DNA of 63,742 nt, the filler included, from Phoronis australis (lineage: Eukaryota; Animalia; Phoronida): NCBI GenBank assembly GCA_002633005.1. It is 10 parts of 10 records of this genome, joined end to end, with 100 filler letters (N's around TTAATTAATTAA, not from the genome) between each part and the next. Parts side by side here need not be neighbours in the genome. Positions count along the whole stretch, not along the records: positions 61,281 to 63,742 come from NMRA01003659.1; 9 more parts are not named here. The stretch is one strand, 5' to 3'. Both the position numbers and the translations under genes were made by a program. The number at the start of each line of letters is the position of its first letter. Within the stretch, counting starts at the first letter, position 1. Below the pieces are notes generated by a model. The model saw nothing but the letters and a program-made list of their open reading frames with translations, searched no databases and was not told where the DNA came from. Positions 61,901 to 63,742 of this stretch are shown here, piece after piece.

Positions 61901-63682
61901 ATCTAATTTTCTTCCCACGTAAATAAATAAGCGCATGTGCAATCCCGGCCATGCAGCCATCAGGCTTTTGAGTAACCTGTGAGCCAACAAAGTTTTACTT
62001 ACAGTAAGAATGAGCTTCAGGCCAGCGTATGTGACGGGTTGCTCAGTGGGAGATACCTGATTCGAGTAACTGTAGCTCAGACATAACTGTGAAAATACCG
62101 AATTCAGTGAACTAAAACTGACAGCTATGATTCACTTGAGAAAGGCAGCTTAGCTCGTACCTAAAAGTCTGCGTTGGCTTTAAGGTCAAGATTGATTTTA
62201 TTATGATCCAGTTTTGGGAAAAGTTCGTTTTATTATGGTCATTCTTTGAAGGAATTTGTTGAAAAGGTTAAGTCCCTAGGGGCTGCTTCAAAATCCCTTG
62301 TTGAAACAAGGTCGCTAGCCCAATTTCTGGTGGCTGGGGAATGAAAATGATACAGAGTGTGTCCAAAAATACACACACTTTAACACTTGGATTTCAAATT
62401 CATTTCCTGTGGATCACTCAGATTCTGTGCTGGCCTACTACATGGAAGTACCTTATTTTTATTGGCGCGCTCCGTCTATGTAGTATGCAAAGGAATGAGA
62501 AGCCAAGAATTCAATCTTAAAGAACAAAAATTAATTGCGCAATACCACTGAAAATTATTAACATCAAGGAAGTGCAAAGACAACCTTTTCAAGTTAATAA
62601 GCAATGGGTTTAATTTTATTTATTTAAGGACAAAAACTTCTTTATCTATGGTTTGTGGAGTTAAACCACGAAACTAGATCCTAAGTTAGTAAAAATTTAT
62701 TGTGAGAATATTTTGGTACTCTTTGTAGAGCTGTCTGAGATTCATCAAAATTCTTGAGACAAAATCGTTTGCTATTTGGAGATCTGATGATATATCGGAA
62801 TTTCCCTATGTCAGCTTGCAACTAAGTTCAGTGAAGCATCGCAAATTCTTACAAGTTTAGCTTCTAATTGTCAAAAAATCATCTATCAATGAGTCGATTT
62901 TCGAGATATATAAACATGTAAAATCAGAAATGAACAATCGATTCCATGAGAAATGCGTTTACCTTGATTTAATTCCTTTTGATCTCTTGTTTATGAGTTT
63001 AAATGACAAATCCCCTACCTAATTAAAATCAACGCACTTAGTGTCATTTGAATTGTGAGTATATTTTTGGTAAATGTTTGAATTTCATCAATGTCTTTGA
63101 GAGGTATTTTAGATTAGTGAGGGCAAAAATTGTCCGAGTGTACTTCACTTTTTGGGGATCGTATTTTAGAGTTCCAACCAGGCTGCAACTGAATTCACTG
63201 AAACTTTATCATTTCTTACAAGATTATTTTTTTATTGGCAAAATGATGTATGAATCTGTCTAAACATAAACATGCAAATCAGAAACCAACGAATCTGTTT
63301 CTCAAAACGGAATGTTATAAGCAATTTTGGAGGCATGGTTGCAGATTTTTGACGGGTAGCCATTGAGGTGAATATTTTTGCTCATTTCAGAGATACCTAT
63401 AACGGTTTACGAGTTAAACTTGAACTCCAAAAAAGGCTCGTGAAACCTGTTTATTATACGCTGCGGTTATCCAACAGTGAAATATAACAAATAAACTGAG
63501 AAAAATCAGCCGAACCCCAATTATCATGGAATAGATCGAACCACCGGGTCTCTAGATTACTAGTCTATTGGTCTTCCGAAGTTAGCCTATATCATTGTCC
63601 AAATGTCGTGCAAAAAGGAGAAACGTCGCTCGTAGGATGTATGACAACAGATGGCTGCAAAAAGTATTTCCAAAGAATTCGA

Positions 63683-63742
63683 GCCCTCAGTGGCTCAGTG
63701 GATACTGCAATCTGAAGACCGGTGGTTCGATTCCCAGTGGCG
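63683..63742 (+). mobile_element. tRNA-derived SINE head or tRNA pseudogene, truncated by the window end
   Basis: A box TGGCTCAGTGG and B box GGTTCGATTCCC; anticodon arm incomplete. Confidence 0.55.

Noticed and set aside
1-63742. Prokaryotic systems (CRISPR arrays, operons, defence islands)
   Set aside because: No repeat-spacer array or dense ORF packing; all recognisable genes are spliceosomal-intron animal genes.

Overview
This is AT-rich, intron-containing animal DNA, probably a marine bilaterian invertebrate (taxon inferred, not shown). It is not one locus: ten short contigs are joined by nine identical 100-bp spacers (44 N + TTAATTAATTAA + 44 N), so gene order across spacers means nothing. 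Most ORFs in the supplied track are spurious, and I rebuilt genes by hand from GT-AG splice sites with matching phases. One complete gene is present: a 4-exon, 350-aa proline-racemase-family (L3HYPDH-like) enzyme at 18346-25987. Its second catalytic motif reads VPRAPCGSG rather than the dehydratase VDRSPTGSG, giving a racemase/epimerase-type Cys-Cys dyad but lacking the conserved Asp. This is the most interesting item. Partial genes are: four exons of a Gyc88E-like atypical soluble guanylate cyclase, five exons of a CAP/SCP+EGF (CLEC18-like) protein, the TM and NPVY-tail exons of a single-pass receptor, the last exon of an EF-hand protein, and a spectraplakin/plectin CH2 exon. The remainder holds MITEs (hAT-, Harbinger- and ISL2EU-like), LINE and tRNA-SINE fragments, an old ~1.88-kb tandem array with fossil coding-like blocks, a roughly 10-fold excess of TACATGTA, and haplotype duplications around single-N joins.
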